A stretch of 64,000 bases of DNA from the human T2T-CHM13v2.0 reference genome, Homo sapiens: the NCBI RefSeq assembly GCF_009914755.1, contig NC_060929.1; one strand, given 5' to 3'. This document shows, piece after piece, positions 13,816-31,839 of the stretch. Made by a program: the position numbers and the translations under genes. Within the stretch, counting starts at the first letter, position 1. Each line of letters starts with the position of its first letter. Below the pieces are notes generated by a model, which saw only the letters and a program-made list of their open reading frames with translations, was not told the origin of the DNA and did not search any database.

Positions 13816-15749
13816 CTAACCATTGGGAAATAAACTGATAATTAACTCGAAAAATTGTATTTGCTTAACAAGCTACAAAAATGCCTATTAAATTAAGTTT
13901 CAAACTTATGCTTTAGCCAGTCTACTGACATTTCCCTCCTGGAAATGTATTTGTGATATTTTAAGCAATTTATGATTTATTTATTAAGTATCCTACGTTA
14001 TGCTGACCTATTAAGAATTTAAGGTATATAGTGGTTTTGTATTTCTTTGAACATTTTGCAGACCTCCAATTTAATTTTTATTCACATAAAATTCAAATTT
14101 GACATTTGAATACTGAGAATACATGTTCTATATATTTATTTTCTATTAAGCTTATTTTATTGATTCTGAAATAGTGCTTCTGCTTTAATACATTCACATT
14201 TTCTCTGGGATTCAGTTAATTCTTGATTAATGACTCTTTGCCTTATCAGTACACCTTAATCTATATACTCGCTTAGTTTTTAATCTTTTCTTACTGAATG
14301 GTCTTAATCTTCCGAGACTCTGTCTTTTGAAACTGTAACCACAGGTATATATTTATCACTTTTACTTCTTTTGTGTAACTTCTCCAGCTGTGTTTCTTCT
14401 TCCTTAAAATACTGTAGTGAAAGTTCCAGTCTAATAAATCTCTTGGACAAGGGTCAGATAACGTTTATTTTCACTTTTTAAAATTATATTTCCTGTTAGT
14501 ACCCTCTGTAATACTCAAGCTTGCAGTTCTACATTTTGAGGCATTTTTAAAATGAGTTTGCCATGTAAACTTTCTCATCTCTAGAATCAAGGTAAATAAT
14601 AATATCATTTTATTAATTTGACCTTGACAAAATGTACTGCTTACATTTGACTCATCAATGAAAGTACTTGTTTTATCTTTAAGTTATTTCAGGAAAATTT
14701 TAATACTGTTGAGAAAAATATGAACATATTTTTCAGCATCCATACTTTTGAGTGCTGTGGTAAGCCATTTACATACCTCACCTTCCTTGGATCACGGAAT
14801 CAAATCATTATATTACTAGCTTATAGCATTGTGATAGTATTCTCATTTATGATTAGAGTGTATGCTAGTGATTCTTATATTTCAGATTGCAAAAAAATCA
14901 TGTTTCATTATTTTTGAAGCACAGGGTTTCTGAACCTCACAAAAGTGATTTAATTCAATATCTGGAATTTAGATATATGCTTTTTGCTTGACCCTAGGTG
15001 ATTCCGAAGCAGGTGATCTTCCAAACAGACGATGAAAAAAACAGTTCTATAGGAAATAATTTGGGGAAAGATATAGTTCATGAGCTCTCTATAGAATTGA
15101 GATAAAGTATAAAGAACAGCATAGCTGTAATGTCATAATCTTATGACAAATAGTTTCTTAATATTCTCTTTAGTATTTATACTTTTCAAAACTACCAATA
15201 ATACTTTAATAAAAATTATTTTTAAATTACTTTCAAATTAAGAAGCCATATGTACATATGCCTTATTCTCTACTAAGATTTTGTGTTTTTAAGATTATTT
15301 AGCATGAAACATAGTTGCAATTTAAAATTTTACCTTTCTTCAGTCAAAATCAAGATATTTTTGTTTATATTAATTCACTTTTTAATTTCTTTATATACAT
15401 CTTGGACAAATGTCTTCAGATTAATTTTGTATTCTTTGAGATTGTCATGTGTTCACCTTAGGTAATTTGAAAATGGTATAGTGATGTGTGTCTGTGAGTA
15501 TGCCTGTCTGTATATATTTGCATGTGTACATATAAGAATAAAGTCATCATTTGAACAATAAAAATCAGTTTCAGTTTTTCAATTTAATTTTTTCCATATC
15601 TCTTTCAAGTAGACTTAGCTGACATTATTGAACCTCTTCAAAGATTCATATTTCCTGCTTACACTTTACTTATTTCTCAGTGAGAAAGAAATATTTAAGC
15701 AAGAGGTTTGCAAACCATTCTTTTCTATTACCAGAGAGTTGCCCTCTAG

Positions 15750-17873
<2,124 letters not shown>

Positions 17874-19589
17874 ATCACATAGCATGTTTACATATCTGTA
17901 CCAGATGACAGATCTACTGGAAAATGCACTAGTGGTATTTCCTAGTAGGAGATTTCTATGGAATGCTTTTAATACTTTGGACCTAGTCTAATGTTGCTTA
18001 TGGTAACCTGGAATGTATACATTTATACACTCAGGAAAATGTCATAAATGCTATGTAACTATATGTTTATAAAACACAAGTGTTTCATGACCAAAATGCT
18101 TATTTTCTGTTTTGAAATGTAGACGCATATATATATTTGGGAATTAACACATTTATTTGGGCAGAGTATATTTGGATACAGTAAAGAAGGACCTGTGGAG
18201 CTATGTTAGTGGTTGTTCCTTTCTTTCTGCTTCTCTAGTGCCTTGTAATTACTTCTATCAGTGAGGCATAATGACAGCACTGATTTGTGTGAGTTTGATT
18301 TGAAAATTTAATTCTTTGTGTTTTATCATCCATCGTACATGATTTCTAAACAAAAGAAGTGTACTTTTACCTCCCAATTGATCTTGATATGCATTGCTAA
18401 TCTGAATGGTATCTTATACTAGAGAACTATATCAGGCTAAATATCTATACTTATTCATATTTATCTATACATGTATCTATCCATCCCTCTATATCTATAT
18501 ATAAATCTTTGCCTTTGTCTATATTACATTCAGATATACATAAGTATATACATTTATGTATTTATAATATCTACACTTATATTTTATATTATGGATACAT
18601 AAGTGCTCTATTAATAAAAGTGAAATATACCAAGTAGCTATTAGAAGCAGGCTTTGTTTGATAATGCAGACACTGGTGACTTAAGAAAAAATTTGAAGCC
18701 TTAAAAATTTGCAACCCCAGAATGCAATATGTATGGCCGGGCCATTTTTGGAGACTAATACCGTTACTAACCTCCTCCTCTTGCTAATGGAATGTATTTA
18801 AACAAAACCACCTGCAAGGAGGTAATTCGGCAAAAAGTGCTTCACTTTCCAAAGGGATTGGGGCAAAGTTTTATGAGAATTTGGTTAGAGATTAAGAAAT
18901 AAGATTCCCTTGGAATGGGAATTGTAAATAAAAGAAGTGTGATTATCTTGCATAATAAACAGCGTTTATTTGTGCTTCACGTGTCTCTCAACCTCTTTGA
19001 GGTCCCTGCAACCAGCATTCACAAAATATGTGCCCATGAGTCCTCATTTCATTCTTACCATATCCTGCTTGTTGTCATGCTTATATGAAAGGGAACCTGA
19101 ACTTGATAAAGTTAGAGTCCATACTTTTGATGCCCATTCTTTTGATTTTTAAAAAATATTGGCACAAGTTATTAGTAATTTTAGTAGATGACTTTCTTAA
19201 TTCTCCTCTTTCCTCCTTGCTGAAGAGGGCTGATAAGATTAATGTCACAACTTTTTGGGGGGGAGTTATGTGAGGGACAGTATTTTTTGTTTCTTTTCAA
19301 TTTTTACAGAGCAAAAGGCATTAATAAACTCAGGAAAACTTAGACATATCTAGAGAGATAGTAGCATCACTTGAGAGAAATACTGTTATCAATTCAACCT
19401 AGATTTGATAAATAAACATGTTAAAAACTTTAAATATCCACACACACAGAGGTAAAAACCTCCATTAATTTTGTTGAGGCATTGCAAGATCCTAAGAATC
19501 TTTCCGTAATCATCAGAGGAGTAGTACTTTAAAATTTGTGATTCCACTAAAGTTTATATAAATCTTTTAACAGGTGTTACTTCCTAGAA

Positions 19590-19830
19590 CAGTGCTACAC
19601 AAAATGTCATTTGTGGATCCTCTCTGGTGACTACTAACTGTTTATTCATTTTCCATGATGACTTAAGAGCAGAAATTGAAAGTAGGAGTTTGGAAACGTT
19701 TATAGCAACTTGACATCGGTGCAATAGGCCAGAATGGTATCAGTGGGCTTGTCTCAATGAATGAAATATAGACCAGTCAGGATGCTGTCAAAGTCAAAAG
19801 TGGTGGGAGCTATGTACCAGAATCAATTTA
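19590..19830 (+). mobile_element. Charlie4 (MER80)-type hAT fragment
   Basis: ctagaa|cagtgctacacaaaatgt ... cagaaattgaaagtaggagtttggaaacgtttatagcaacttgacat ... tatagaccagt matches the Charlie4 5' end. Confidence 0.7.
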
Positions 19831-22800
19831 CAATGTGTAATGCTTTAAAGTTACTTTGCTAAATGCAAAAATAAGTACAAAATAGATACAATGACAAAAT
19901 TATTTGGTTGAAAGATATTTAAACTGAACTATAATTTTAGTGACTGAGGAAAGACTGAAAATGAACGTGTAACATCACTGAATTCTTATCGAATTAAAAG
20001 AGAAATTCAATAAAGTGACTATTCTGAAGGTTCTTAAGTTGCTTTAAAAATTTCCTTTTAATTTTCATCAATGTGCCTCTGAAAGAATAGTTTTTCTACT
20101 ATAAATATTAGTACAATAAAACAGAAACAAATCAGATATACATTTCCCCTGAGAGTAGCAGATTTTTTCAATCCAGCCTAAATTAAACATTAACAACCTA
20201 GAAAATTTTAAACCTTCATATACACATCATTCATTCAACATGTGCATAGGTGTTTAGTAAGTAATCATTTTTCATCTTTTATCTATTAATCACTTTTTCA
20301 CATACTTTGATTGAATAACATCAGTAGTTTTTATAATTCTTTATATATGTTATATTCTGATTTTCATCATTTTTAATGTAATTTTGAATCTAAAATTTTA
20401 AAATGGATTTTTTGTGAATGTTTTTATCTTTTTTTCTTTTCTAGTAATTCATTTTTATTGTATATATTAAAATATCAGATCCCAATGGATTGAGAAGCTC
20501 TTTCCTGCAGCATAGTTTGAGGCTACCTTGAATCAAGGCATCAAATGTTCCCTAGAGGTAAGCTTAGATACATTTTACAAGAAAGCACTGGGACATTTTT
20601 TAGTCTAGAAAAACAAGGGTCGGGCTGAATGACATAATGGGTGAAACAACGATCAGATCAAAGAGATGACTCCTCTCTAGTACAGGTATGATGTGTATTG
20701 TTTCATTGTTGAATATTTTCATGAATAAATCGCCTATCACTAATCTGAATCAATTATTTTACTTACTATGGAAAGAAATAACACTGAAAATGTCTAGTAC
20801 AATTAATGGTTGTGTGTTCTAACTGGAAATAGATACTACTAATTCTAAGAATTGACATTTTCTGTAGTAAAGCATTTAGATACTGATTTTAGAGAATGTT
20901 CCAACAAATGAAATGAGAAATTTATTTTATGTAGTATTTGGGGAAAATATTTGTCCAAGAAAAAAATTGTTCCTAATTGTCAAAATATAAAAAATAAGTG
21001 AAAAATATTACTATGAAGTCTTTCTAATAACAATGAACCCAACTTAACCAGTAGCTGTAGACATGATGGGTATATTAATATTACTGACTTATTTTTTGGT
21101 ATGGTGTTAATAAAAATACAAGGGTAATTGAGGACTGTGCTCATAAAAATTATTTTCTATTTGTGTCAATTTCTGATTATTTTTTCCAGAGACGTACCAT
21201 ATTACTAATATAGCTGCTTAAAGCATAGGAACAGCATTTATAAATTGGTAGACAATCTTAAGATAAATAATCCATCATATTGTGATAGATAACTTAAACT
21301 TTAATTACTCAGATAAAACCACTTTCATTATAAAACATGCTATATATTATACAACCAAATCCCTTCATTAAATTCTATTAACACAATTAATAAACAATTC
21401 ACCCAGTGCATTGCTCTCTTTATCACTGGTTTACTTTGAGTTATTAAACAAACTTCAGAGAAGATGGCCCCACATGAATTTCAAATACCAACTATTTATT
21501 TAACCAATAAATACTGCACATAATGCCCTTTTTGTGCATGTGAAAATAAAATTCTGTACTTGTTTGTCTTTCAAGGACAATAGAATTTCCTAGATTTAAA
21601 TTCAAATAGTAAAATGTGCTAAGGAATTGGAGAGAGAAAATAAATTCAGATAACAACTTAGTGGTGACCTTTTCCTTCTCTAGAGACTCTAAGCATCCTG
21701 GAGAAAGAGATACTGAAGCTGTATTTTTCTGTTACAGCATTGCTATTTAGTAAGTATCTCAGAATCAAGATCTGCACAAATTACCTTTACTCTTTGCTCT
21801 GTGTAGTTTGGTATTTTTTAAAGATAAGAGAAAAAGAATTGGACTGTTTTCAACTTTAGATCAAATCCAACCTCACACCTCTAAGAGTCTCTAATATTTC
21901 TCGACCCATTCATTGATGTTTTCTTCCTTAAAATGTCAGTATTCCTTATATAGACCTAATCAGCTACAAAGGCACCGTTTTTACAGAAATGGTGTTTTGA
22001 GTCCAGGGTAGTCAGAATTTTTTCATCAGTAATTTGTTTACCAATCTGGACATCGAAATTTAGACAAAACCAAACGTTTATTGCTTTTCAACCAAATAAT
22101 GTATTAAAATAACTGGAGCAGCAAGATAAATTATAATTTCCATATTGACTTCACTCTTCACTTTCAGAAGAAGGAAAAGTAATTTTCTAACAACTTTAGT
22201 GTATTGCTTTGGACAACCTTTGCCCCATCCTGAACCTTTTTTCAGGATTAATTAGATTTTAACAGGATGTTTTATTTAATGACAGAGTTTTAGGTTGAAT
22301 AACAAATCATTAAGATCAAATCAAAGAATTAGAAAGTGTAGTTTAATTTAAAAAAAAACTCACTTGCTATCAATTCCATACTTAAAATTAAACTCAAGTT
22401 TAACCCTCAATTTATATTTGTGTACACTCATCTGTACCACATGAACATTTAAAGAAAAATATATGTAGGTTATACGACTTAGATGTCTCAATGTCAAAAC
22501 AACAAAATGCATTCTAAAATGTTTAATATTGAGGTTAATATAAAATTGTGATAAATGCAAATAAAATAGACCTCAAAATATATACACTTGTAGAATTTTA
22601 AAAAATGGTTTTTGAACTGTAGGGAAAGGGAAGCAAAGAGATATCATTAGAATTTGGCCCTGAGGCCCCTATATCCTTCCGATAAAGACCAATTTTACCA
22701 GTTGGCTTCCCCAGTTGTTGCAACCTAAACTCCATTATGTCTTTTTAGGAGGTTTAGATGTTCAGGCCCAAAGAGCAAAGTGAAATAATGAAATTATGCT

Positions 22801-24623
22801 AGAACAAATTTTCATCTCCTAATTTTTCCATAAATCATATTTAAGAAGGAGGACTTGAAATTCTGGAAGGATTTTTAGATGGTCAAGTTTATAAAAATAC
22901 AAAAAGTGGAGAATCTTTGAAATATATTTTATGAATTTATCCTTACTTATTTTTATAGTACTCTAACCAACAAGAGATACTGTGATTAGACATTATAGTT
23001 TTTTATTTAAATGATATAAAATCTTCTTTTATAGTTTTAAAGCCTTTGAAAAAATAAAGGAGAAAAGCCAAGGAATATTATACCTATTTTCTTGATGAGA
23101 CATGAGGTAAGGTTATTCTTCTTGTTAAATTTACGAAGTTGATTCTGTTCCTGATAAGTTACAACATTTATGTGAATATGTACATTTTATAAGTTATTGC
23201 ATATAATGTATACTGTGTATATGTATGTATGTGTATTTTCATGTAAATAAGTTGATTTAAACATTTAGTGCCAGAAAAAAACTCTTAAATTAAATTTTAT
23301 TTAAATAAAGTAAATATGAACTAAGAGATTTCCCTCTTTGCCACACATATCAAGAAAGCCAAAATTAAATATAGTACTGAAAGAGGAACCTAGATCATAT
23401 ATAAACACACCTGTATCATATGAAATATTTTTTAAAGCGTATCATTATATAATGTGTTTATCCCTTAAAGGTAACAATTAAATTTAAAACAAAGGTTTTA
23501 TATTACAACTCTAACTTTTCAAAAATTTTTAAATTATTGTTGTTTATATAAGTTCTGAATTATTTTCTATGTGTTTTAAGAGTGAGACACTTTTCATGTA
23601 TTGAAAATAAGTGGATTTTGAAGTAAATTCTTGTTTTTAATATGAGTCCACCTATATTCTTTATTCTTAAATATTCTACTATTCTAGTCTTTTCCTTCTT
23701 TGTCTATCTCAATAATGAAGTTACTGCTTTCCAACTGTACTAATCTCTATCATAGTTCTCTGTCAAGGACACTTCAATTTTGTTCCCAAAATTTCTTTCA
23801 TAATTCAATTTATTTAGTAGCTTATGTAAAAACATCTTCGCAAAATTCCATTTTGAACAAGAGTCTATACTAATAACTATAGCATTTTATGTTTTATACC
23901 TATTCTATCTATGAAAATACAATGTCATGGAAGTCATGTAATTTTTAAAGGGTCTGGGCCAAAATATAAACTTTGCTTCTTCATTATGCAAGTGTTCTGG
24001 GGTTCTTTTCTGATATGTGATTGACACTGGACTTGCTACCAAAATAGTTCATCTAATAGGAATTTATCAGTCAATGGTTTTCTTCTCATGAACACTACAA
24101 AGTTGTTGTGAGAAGCAAATCAGAATGCTAGCCACGCTGTATAAAACGGGTTGTAAGGAAATACACATTAAGGACCAGAACACAAGCTTTTGGGGGATTT
24201 TTGAAACATTCTACAATATCAATGTGTACAGAGTTCATTATATTTTACCAAAGAGGAATATATATTCTTGCTTAAATAGCTGTAATTATTATTACTTTCA
24301 TAATACAATTAGGTTATCAGTAAAGCATTAAAGATTTATCCTTCCAGACAATAAAGTAAGTGGTGTAAGATTCATTTCCTTATTGGAAACAACCAAAAAT
24401 TGAAGACCAAAAGGGAAAGTGATCACTGAGAGGTGGGAGAAAAATTAAGTGAGTACTGCGATTACCCTAGTTTAGTGCCTTGAGAAAATGTCCAGTGTCA
24501 GGAACAGGAAACTGAAGTGAAGCTTGAAAGACTCCCTGAGATGAAGAGATGGGGCTGAGATTCTGTGGAGTCAAGGCAATGAGGGTTCACAGAACAAAGT
24601 ACAGGAGATTAAAGAGCATACAG

Positions 24624-25082
24624 TGTCAACAACAACAACAAAAATCACAGAAAAAAAAAACTAAATATGTTGAATGTATTCAGGAATGAGAAATGAGGAT
24701 TATAACCTGAGATGCACAGCTCTGCCAAAACACATGTGCAACTGAAGAGGAGATGGTAAAAGGAAGCTTCTATTGGCAAAAGGAGAAGTTTACATAAGCT
24801 GCTTGGAAATAGATTTCACTGGTTTCAGAGACACAAAGCCACAGTTGGCGTCAGTTCACTGCTGGAGATGGTTACTGGGCAAACATTCTCTTGACAGCAC
24901 CTTATCTGAATGATTGTAGTCCTAAGAAAGCATTTTTTTTTGTGAGATTATTTTAGAAAGTTATCAAGATAGTCTTTATCTCAGACAGGCAAGCATAAGC
25001 CTTTCCCCTTCATGTTCTCTTAGCTCTAGTCTGTTTGGATCTGACAAAAAGTGATTTCATCCTGGTATCTTTTACATTCGCA
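24624..25082 (-). mobile_element. MER89/MER90-like ERV1 solo LTR nested in the L1M 5'UTR
   Basis: tg...ca termini; antisense start ...agataccaggatgaaatcactttttgtcaga; flanks acag / atag are a degenerate 4-bp TSD. Confidence 0.6.
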
Positions 25083-26851
25083 ATAGGTACAGAACTCCAG
25101 ACAAAGCTGAAGGGTATCCCTGGAGTATTTGGCAGAATACTACTGTTGCATACATGAGAAGTAAACACTCAAGGCCGGGTAAATAAATGTCTCAGATTAG
25201 ATATAAAAGTGTCTAGTGCTTACTTAGACAGAGCTGAGAATTTGGCCTGTTCCCTTTAGAAAGATGAGAAAACCTCATAATTCGTGGGGCATTGGATGGA
25301 GTACAGAAAAGAATCTTGTCTCAATGATGAAGAACTATTAGCAGTAAGTTAACTACAGCTCTGCTATTTCCCAACAAATATTAAAAGAAAGAATAAAAAA
25401 TATGAAATAATTTCAGGTAATTTAACTGCATCCTAAAACAAAGCCCATGAAGATCTGTAGAAATGAAAAAAATTCATAAAATTTTATAAAAGATAAATTT
25501 TACAAAGTATGACATTCAATAAAAGATTACAAGTAAAGCAAAGAGGTAGAAAAATATAACCCATAATGAGTAAGAAATTTCACCAAGAAAAACTTGCCAA
25601 GAACAAAACCAGATGTTAAATGAGCAGAAAAGGACACTAATATAGTTATTGACAGTGTATTTCATATATTAAAAAATATATGAAGATGTGGAAAAATATT
25701 TTAAAAGATCCAAGTTAAACATGTACAGGTTAAAACCAGAATATCTTTAATAAAAAATATACTAGATGTTACTAATGGCAGATTAGATATTCTAAAAGAC
25801 AAGATTAGTGAGCTTGGATGTATAACACCAGAAATTTTGAAAACTAAGACTGAGAAGAAAAAAATAATTTCAAAATACTATTAATGGATTGTGGGAAAAC
25901 ATTGAGCAGCATAGATGCTTAATATATGTTTAATTGGAGATCCCAAAAGAGAGAGAGAGAATTACAGGAAAAAATATTTGAAAAATAAATGGGCCAAAAT
26001 TGTTTCCATTTTGATGAAAACTATAAACCCATAGATTCAAGAAACTTAGCAATGTTCAAGTACAAGCAATATAAATAGAATGATATCAGTGTAAATTATA
26101 ATCAAATCACTCAAAAATAGGATAGTACTATAAAAGCATCCAGAAAATAAAGACATGGTGTACCCAGAAGTTCAAAGGGATGGATATCAGCTGGATCCTT
26201 CCTGAAACAATGCAGGCAAGAAGACAGTAGTGCAACATCTTTAACGAACCAAACAACAACAACAACAACAAAAAGCAGAAAAGAAAAATTGAGCTTGAAT
26301 TCTATGTTCAATGAAATCTTTCAAAAATAAAGACAAAATAAAAACTTTTTCAGACATACAAAGCTAAAATGGTTATTACTACCAGACCCATACTTCAAAA
26401 AGTATTAAAGAAAATCTTTTGCCAGAAAGAAAATGATGGCAGATGAAAATATGGAGCAACATAAAAACCAAAGGGGACCAGAAACAGTAAATGAGTGGGT
26501 AAATATGGAATTTTTAAATTATTTAAATATCTTTAAAAAGTAGCTTTCTGTAAAAGAATAATTATTGTGGAGTTTATAACATATGAATAAGTAAAATCTA
26601 TGAAAACGTTATTATAAATATTGGACACTAGAAATTAGCATATTGTAAAATGCATATACTATAGGTGAAATGGGATAATGCAAGTTGAAAATAGACTGTG
26701 AAAAGTTAAAGAGGTATACTGTAAACCCTACCTAGATTAGCCTCTAATATAACAAAACAAAAGGTTATATGTAATAAGTCAAAAAAGGTAAATACAATTG
26801 AACTCCATAACCACAAAAGATAGCAGAAAAAAATGGCAAAGAACACATGGA

Positions 26852-27167
<316 letters not shown>

Positions 27168-29985
27168 TAAATGTAAGATTCTCAGCTTAAGCCTGATCAT
27201 ATCAATGATCACATGACTTGTAAATGGGCCAAACAATTCAATCAAAAGTTGAATACTTTCAGTTTGGGTTAAAAATAATTCATCATATGAAACACTAAAA
27301 TATGAAAGCCATATGGTTATCTCAATAAAGACATGGAAATGACAATTGAGAAAACCCAATATCCATTTTAAACAAAAACAAAAATGAAATACAACAACAA
27401 CAAAAACAAAAACCTCTCATAAACTAGGAATAGAAGGGAAATTCCTTAACCAGAAAAATGTACATTTAAAAAAACTACAGCTGATGTTCTACTTAAGGAG
27501 AAAGACTGAATGCTTTAGTCCTAAGATCAGGAACAATACCATCAAAACAAAATGGATATATACACTCACCACTTCTATTAAGCATTGTATGGGAGGTTTC
27601 AGCAAGTGCAGTGAGTTTTCTAAGTAAATAAATAATAAAGATATCACATTGGAAAGAAAAAAATTAAAACTGATTTTATTCACATATGCAATGACATGTT
27701 TGTAGAATATCCAATGGAATCTACAATAAAGCTACTACCAATAAATGTGTTTAACACATTTGCAAGATACTGTATTATCAATTGTGATTCTAGATAGTAG
27801 CAATGGACAATTGAAAATTGAAATAAAAAATAAAACATAACTTTCAAAGCATGAAACAATTAGGAACACATTGTCAAAAGATATGCAAGAATGATATACT
27901 GAAAACCACACAATGCTGCTGAGATAAATTAAAAGTGATATAAATAAATCTAGGTTTTAGATCTTCTTTATGTAAGTCATATATTGTTAAGAGATTGGAA
28001 GGCTCATTAATATTAAGAGGGTAACTGATTTATACATTTATTACAAAACCAATGAAAATCTAGCCAACTGTTTTTAGAGAAATTGCCAAGCTGACCCTAC
28101 AATTAACATAGAAATGCAAAGAAAACAGAATATCTATAACAACTTTGGTGAAGAACAAAGTTGAAGAGCTAACATTACCTGACTAAAAATTATATTATAA
28201 AACATTACTCAAGATAGTGTTATGTGCATCAAGATAGATATGACAGGCAAAGAGATCAATGGAACACAATAAAATCAAGAACTAGGCTCACATATATCTG
28301 GACAATTGATTTTTGACAAAGATGCAAAGGCAAATCTATGGAGAAAAGATAGTCTCTTTAACAAATGGTGCTAGACATTTGAATATCCATATAAAAATAA
28401 ACTTTGATACATATCTCGCATACTATATGAAAGTTAACTCAAAGTGTGCCGTAGCTCTAAAACTAAAGTATGAAATGTTGAGAAAAAAACACAGGGAATA
28501 TATTTATAACCCTGGATTAGGGAAAATCTTTAGGTATGACACCAAAAGCACAATCCATTTTTTAAAAATATGAATTTAAATTCACAAAAATTAAAAACTT
28601 CTGCTATTTGGAACACAGAGAATGAAAAGACGTATCATATAGCAGGAGAAAATATGTACAATGCATATATCTCATAAAGAAATTATATCTAGAATATATA
28701 AATGCTCAAAGTTCAATAATAAGATCTCACTTTACTGCTTGGACTGAAAAATAAAAATTGAATAATAAGAAAACAAACAACCTAATTAAAATGGGCAAGG
28801 GTTTGAATGAACACTTTGCCAAAATAGATATATGGATAGCTTATAAGCATAGGAAAAAAATGCTCAACTTCATAAGTATTTAGGGATATGTAAATTAAAA
28901 CCACGATGAGACACCATTACATAATAATAAGAATGGCTAAAATTAAAAATCTGAACATATCCCTGCTACTGGGAATGTAAATAGTACAAGTGGGAAAGTT
29001 GGAAAATGTCTGTGTCTCAAAAACTTAAACATACACTCACTATATGATCAGCCATTCCACTTTTAGGTATTTACCAGAGGAAAGGAAAGCACACATCAAA
29101 AAACACACACCAAACTATGTATAATAGTTTTATTGATCGTAACCTTAAACTGGAAACAATTCAAATATTAACAAGTGAAAAAATAAGCAAATTGTGGTAT
29201 TTTCATATGGTAGAAAACTACTAGGTAATAATAATAATAATACACATAACAACATGGATGATCCCACTAGGTGAAGAAAACCAAACCTCCCACCTCCTTC
29301 AAAGTATGACTCTCTTTTACGGTATATTGCATCGTTCTATTTATACAAAATGGTACAAAATACAAACTAATCTATAGGATAGAAAGGAAATCAGCAGTTC
29401 CCTGGGAACATGTAGGGCTGGAGTTGGAGGAGCAGGCAGTGGGAGGAAGGAGGTATTATCAACGGCATGAGAAAACTTTTGGTGATTATAAATATATTCA
29501 TTATCTTGATTGTGAAGATGGTCTCAGATGTGCACATATGCAAAAACTTATAAAATTGTACACTTTAAATATATGCAGTTTACTGTATGTCAATTATACC
29601 TGAAAAGAACCGCTAAAAAATAATGATGCATTGAAAAATTACTATCTACAATGGAAGCAACGAGCTGGATAATGCCAAATAAAACTTGTCACAGGAGACT
29701 ATGTTTCATTACTGTGAATTTGATTTGATTTTCTAAGCAACTACCTAAAAGTAGCTACTAAAGATTAGGCCTGGATCAATGCACCTGGGGAGAAATTCCT
29801 TCATGGTCCGATTTACACTTATGACATAAACCTATAATAATGTGTTCACTGAAGGACATTTCCTATCCTAGTACTGGGATTCCATTTGAGTGTAACCTAC
29901 AAGACTATACTGCAAATAACGGTAGAAAGCCAAATCATTCAGATGTTAGAATCAGAAAGCACCAAGGCATTTTGTGCTTTTTTTA

Positions 29986-30249
<264 letters not shown>

Positions 30250-30294
30250 TTAGGAAAATATCAGTAGGTGGAAACCAGTTGAGTGTGATGATTT

Positions 30295-30500
30295 AAAAAA
30301 TTTGAAGTGAGCATATCTGGATCAAGATACTCACCTAAATGGGTAAATTTAAACAAATTAATCAACTGCTTTGAGCCTCAGTTCTCATGACTATAAAATG
30401 GTTTATAAATATAACATGTTATGAGAAATAAGTGATATATATCAATAAAACACTGAATACATAGCTTGTCATCTAGTTAACATTTAATAAAATAATGCTA
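30295..30500 (+). mobile_element. MIR SINE
   Basis: ctttgagcctcagttctcatgactataaaatgg core and downstream 3' region. Confidence 0.6.
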
Positions 30501-30726
30501 TAATTATTGTGAATTTTAATATTACTGCCATTATTGTCATTATCATCATTCCTTATAGTGTTCATTTTAAAATCCGTAGAATCTCCAAAATGCCATATTT
30601 TACTATAATTGTAAAAAGACTGTGCTACTTTAAATATTTTTATAAGAATGTTAAAAATAAAACTAGTTTCCATAATTTTTAAATAATCATTTAAAATTAT
30701 TTAAAATCACTCTTAATCATTTAAAA

Positions 30727-30861
30727 ACAATACAATACAAAACAATACAAAAAATCCTCTTGTATTGTTATTCCCTCTGAAAACTCAAGAATTCACAATA
30801 CAATACAAAACAATACAAAAATCCTCTTATATTTTTATTCCCTCTGAAAACTCAAGAATTC
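30727..30861 (+). repeat. Two-copy tandem duplication, 68/67-bp unit
   Basis: acaatacaatacaaaacaatacaaaaa(a)tcctctt(g/a)tatt(g/t)ttattccctctgaaaactcaagaattc occurs twice. Confidence 0.95.
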
Positions 30862-31529
30862 AGTCAATTGAAGATTAACAGGATTTCAGAGTGGATAGTC
30901 TTATAAATTATATGTATTCTTTTCAACTAATGCCCTAATCATCAAAATATGTATTATGTTTCAACATAAAAAGTGTTTAACACTACAATTTTAAAGATAA
31001 CAACAGCTCAATGTAAAGTAAATCAAGTTTAAAAAAAAAACTCTCAGAGTATAATAGTTTGCAAGTTGCATACTTTCTTAATAATAAAATGTATTATTGT
31101 TCCATTCTCAATTGTGTCATTTACTCAGGTAGAGAGGAGATCCAGCATCTTAAAATTGAAGGCCCTTTTATAGGTTAATGCAAATGAAAATTTCTCATAA
31201 TATGAACTCTTCTATAATGTCGTATCACTAATAATTGTCCTTGGCTCCACTGGGAAATAATTCATGCTCTTCTTCCCTGGATTTGAACATGAGTTTTATG
31301 TTGCTCACCTGACTAGCTTCACTCAAAACTTTCATATGCAAAATTTATTGAATATATTGTTCAATATATTGTTCATTGATTGGCATTAAATACCATAATA
31401 TTATTTAGTAAAAATCGCATAATATTTCTACAAATTAGTAATGGAAAATTCTTTAACTTTTTATGTGACTTCATTTTGCAGTCATAAATATGTAAGTATT
31501 TTTTACTTTGAGTAGGTCAATTGTTAGCA

Positions 31530-31660
31530 TTGATTTTCAACCTGATTTCCCAGGAAACCAGTATTAGAATTAAGTAGGATTAAAAATGTTCATTCTTGGG
31601 CCCTCATACCAAACTACCACAATCTCTAGGATTGAGATATGAGAATGTATATTACTTTAC
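31530..31660. mobile_element. MER5A-like hAT fragment
   Basis: taaaaatgttcattcttgggccctcatacc...aatctctagg...agaatgtatatt. Confidence 0.45.
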
Positions 31661-31839
31661 AGTATATATACTTATGTTTAATATCTCTTTTAATGAGAAA
31701 TTGTTTGTACACAGATATGGCATTATTTTTCTTTGCTATTACACATATTAGGTTTATCTGAACATTCATAGCCATTTGGATCCAGTTGTGGAGAAATACA
31801 TATTGATTATTATGTATGGGTAATATTAGGGAACTTATA

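Noticed and set aside
20479-20563. Possible + strand exon ending in GAG|GTAAGC (donor at 20558)
   Set aside because: Splice-like words are frequent by chance; the acceptor is ambiguous and there is no coding support or transcript data.
23035-23112. 72-bp candidate exon (ttcttttatag ... GAG|GTAAGG)
   Set aside because: Stop codons in all three frames; could only be a non-coding exon, which the sequence alone cannot support.
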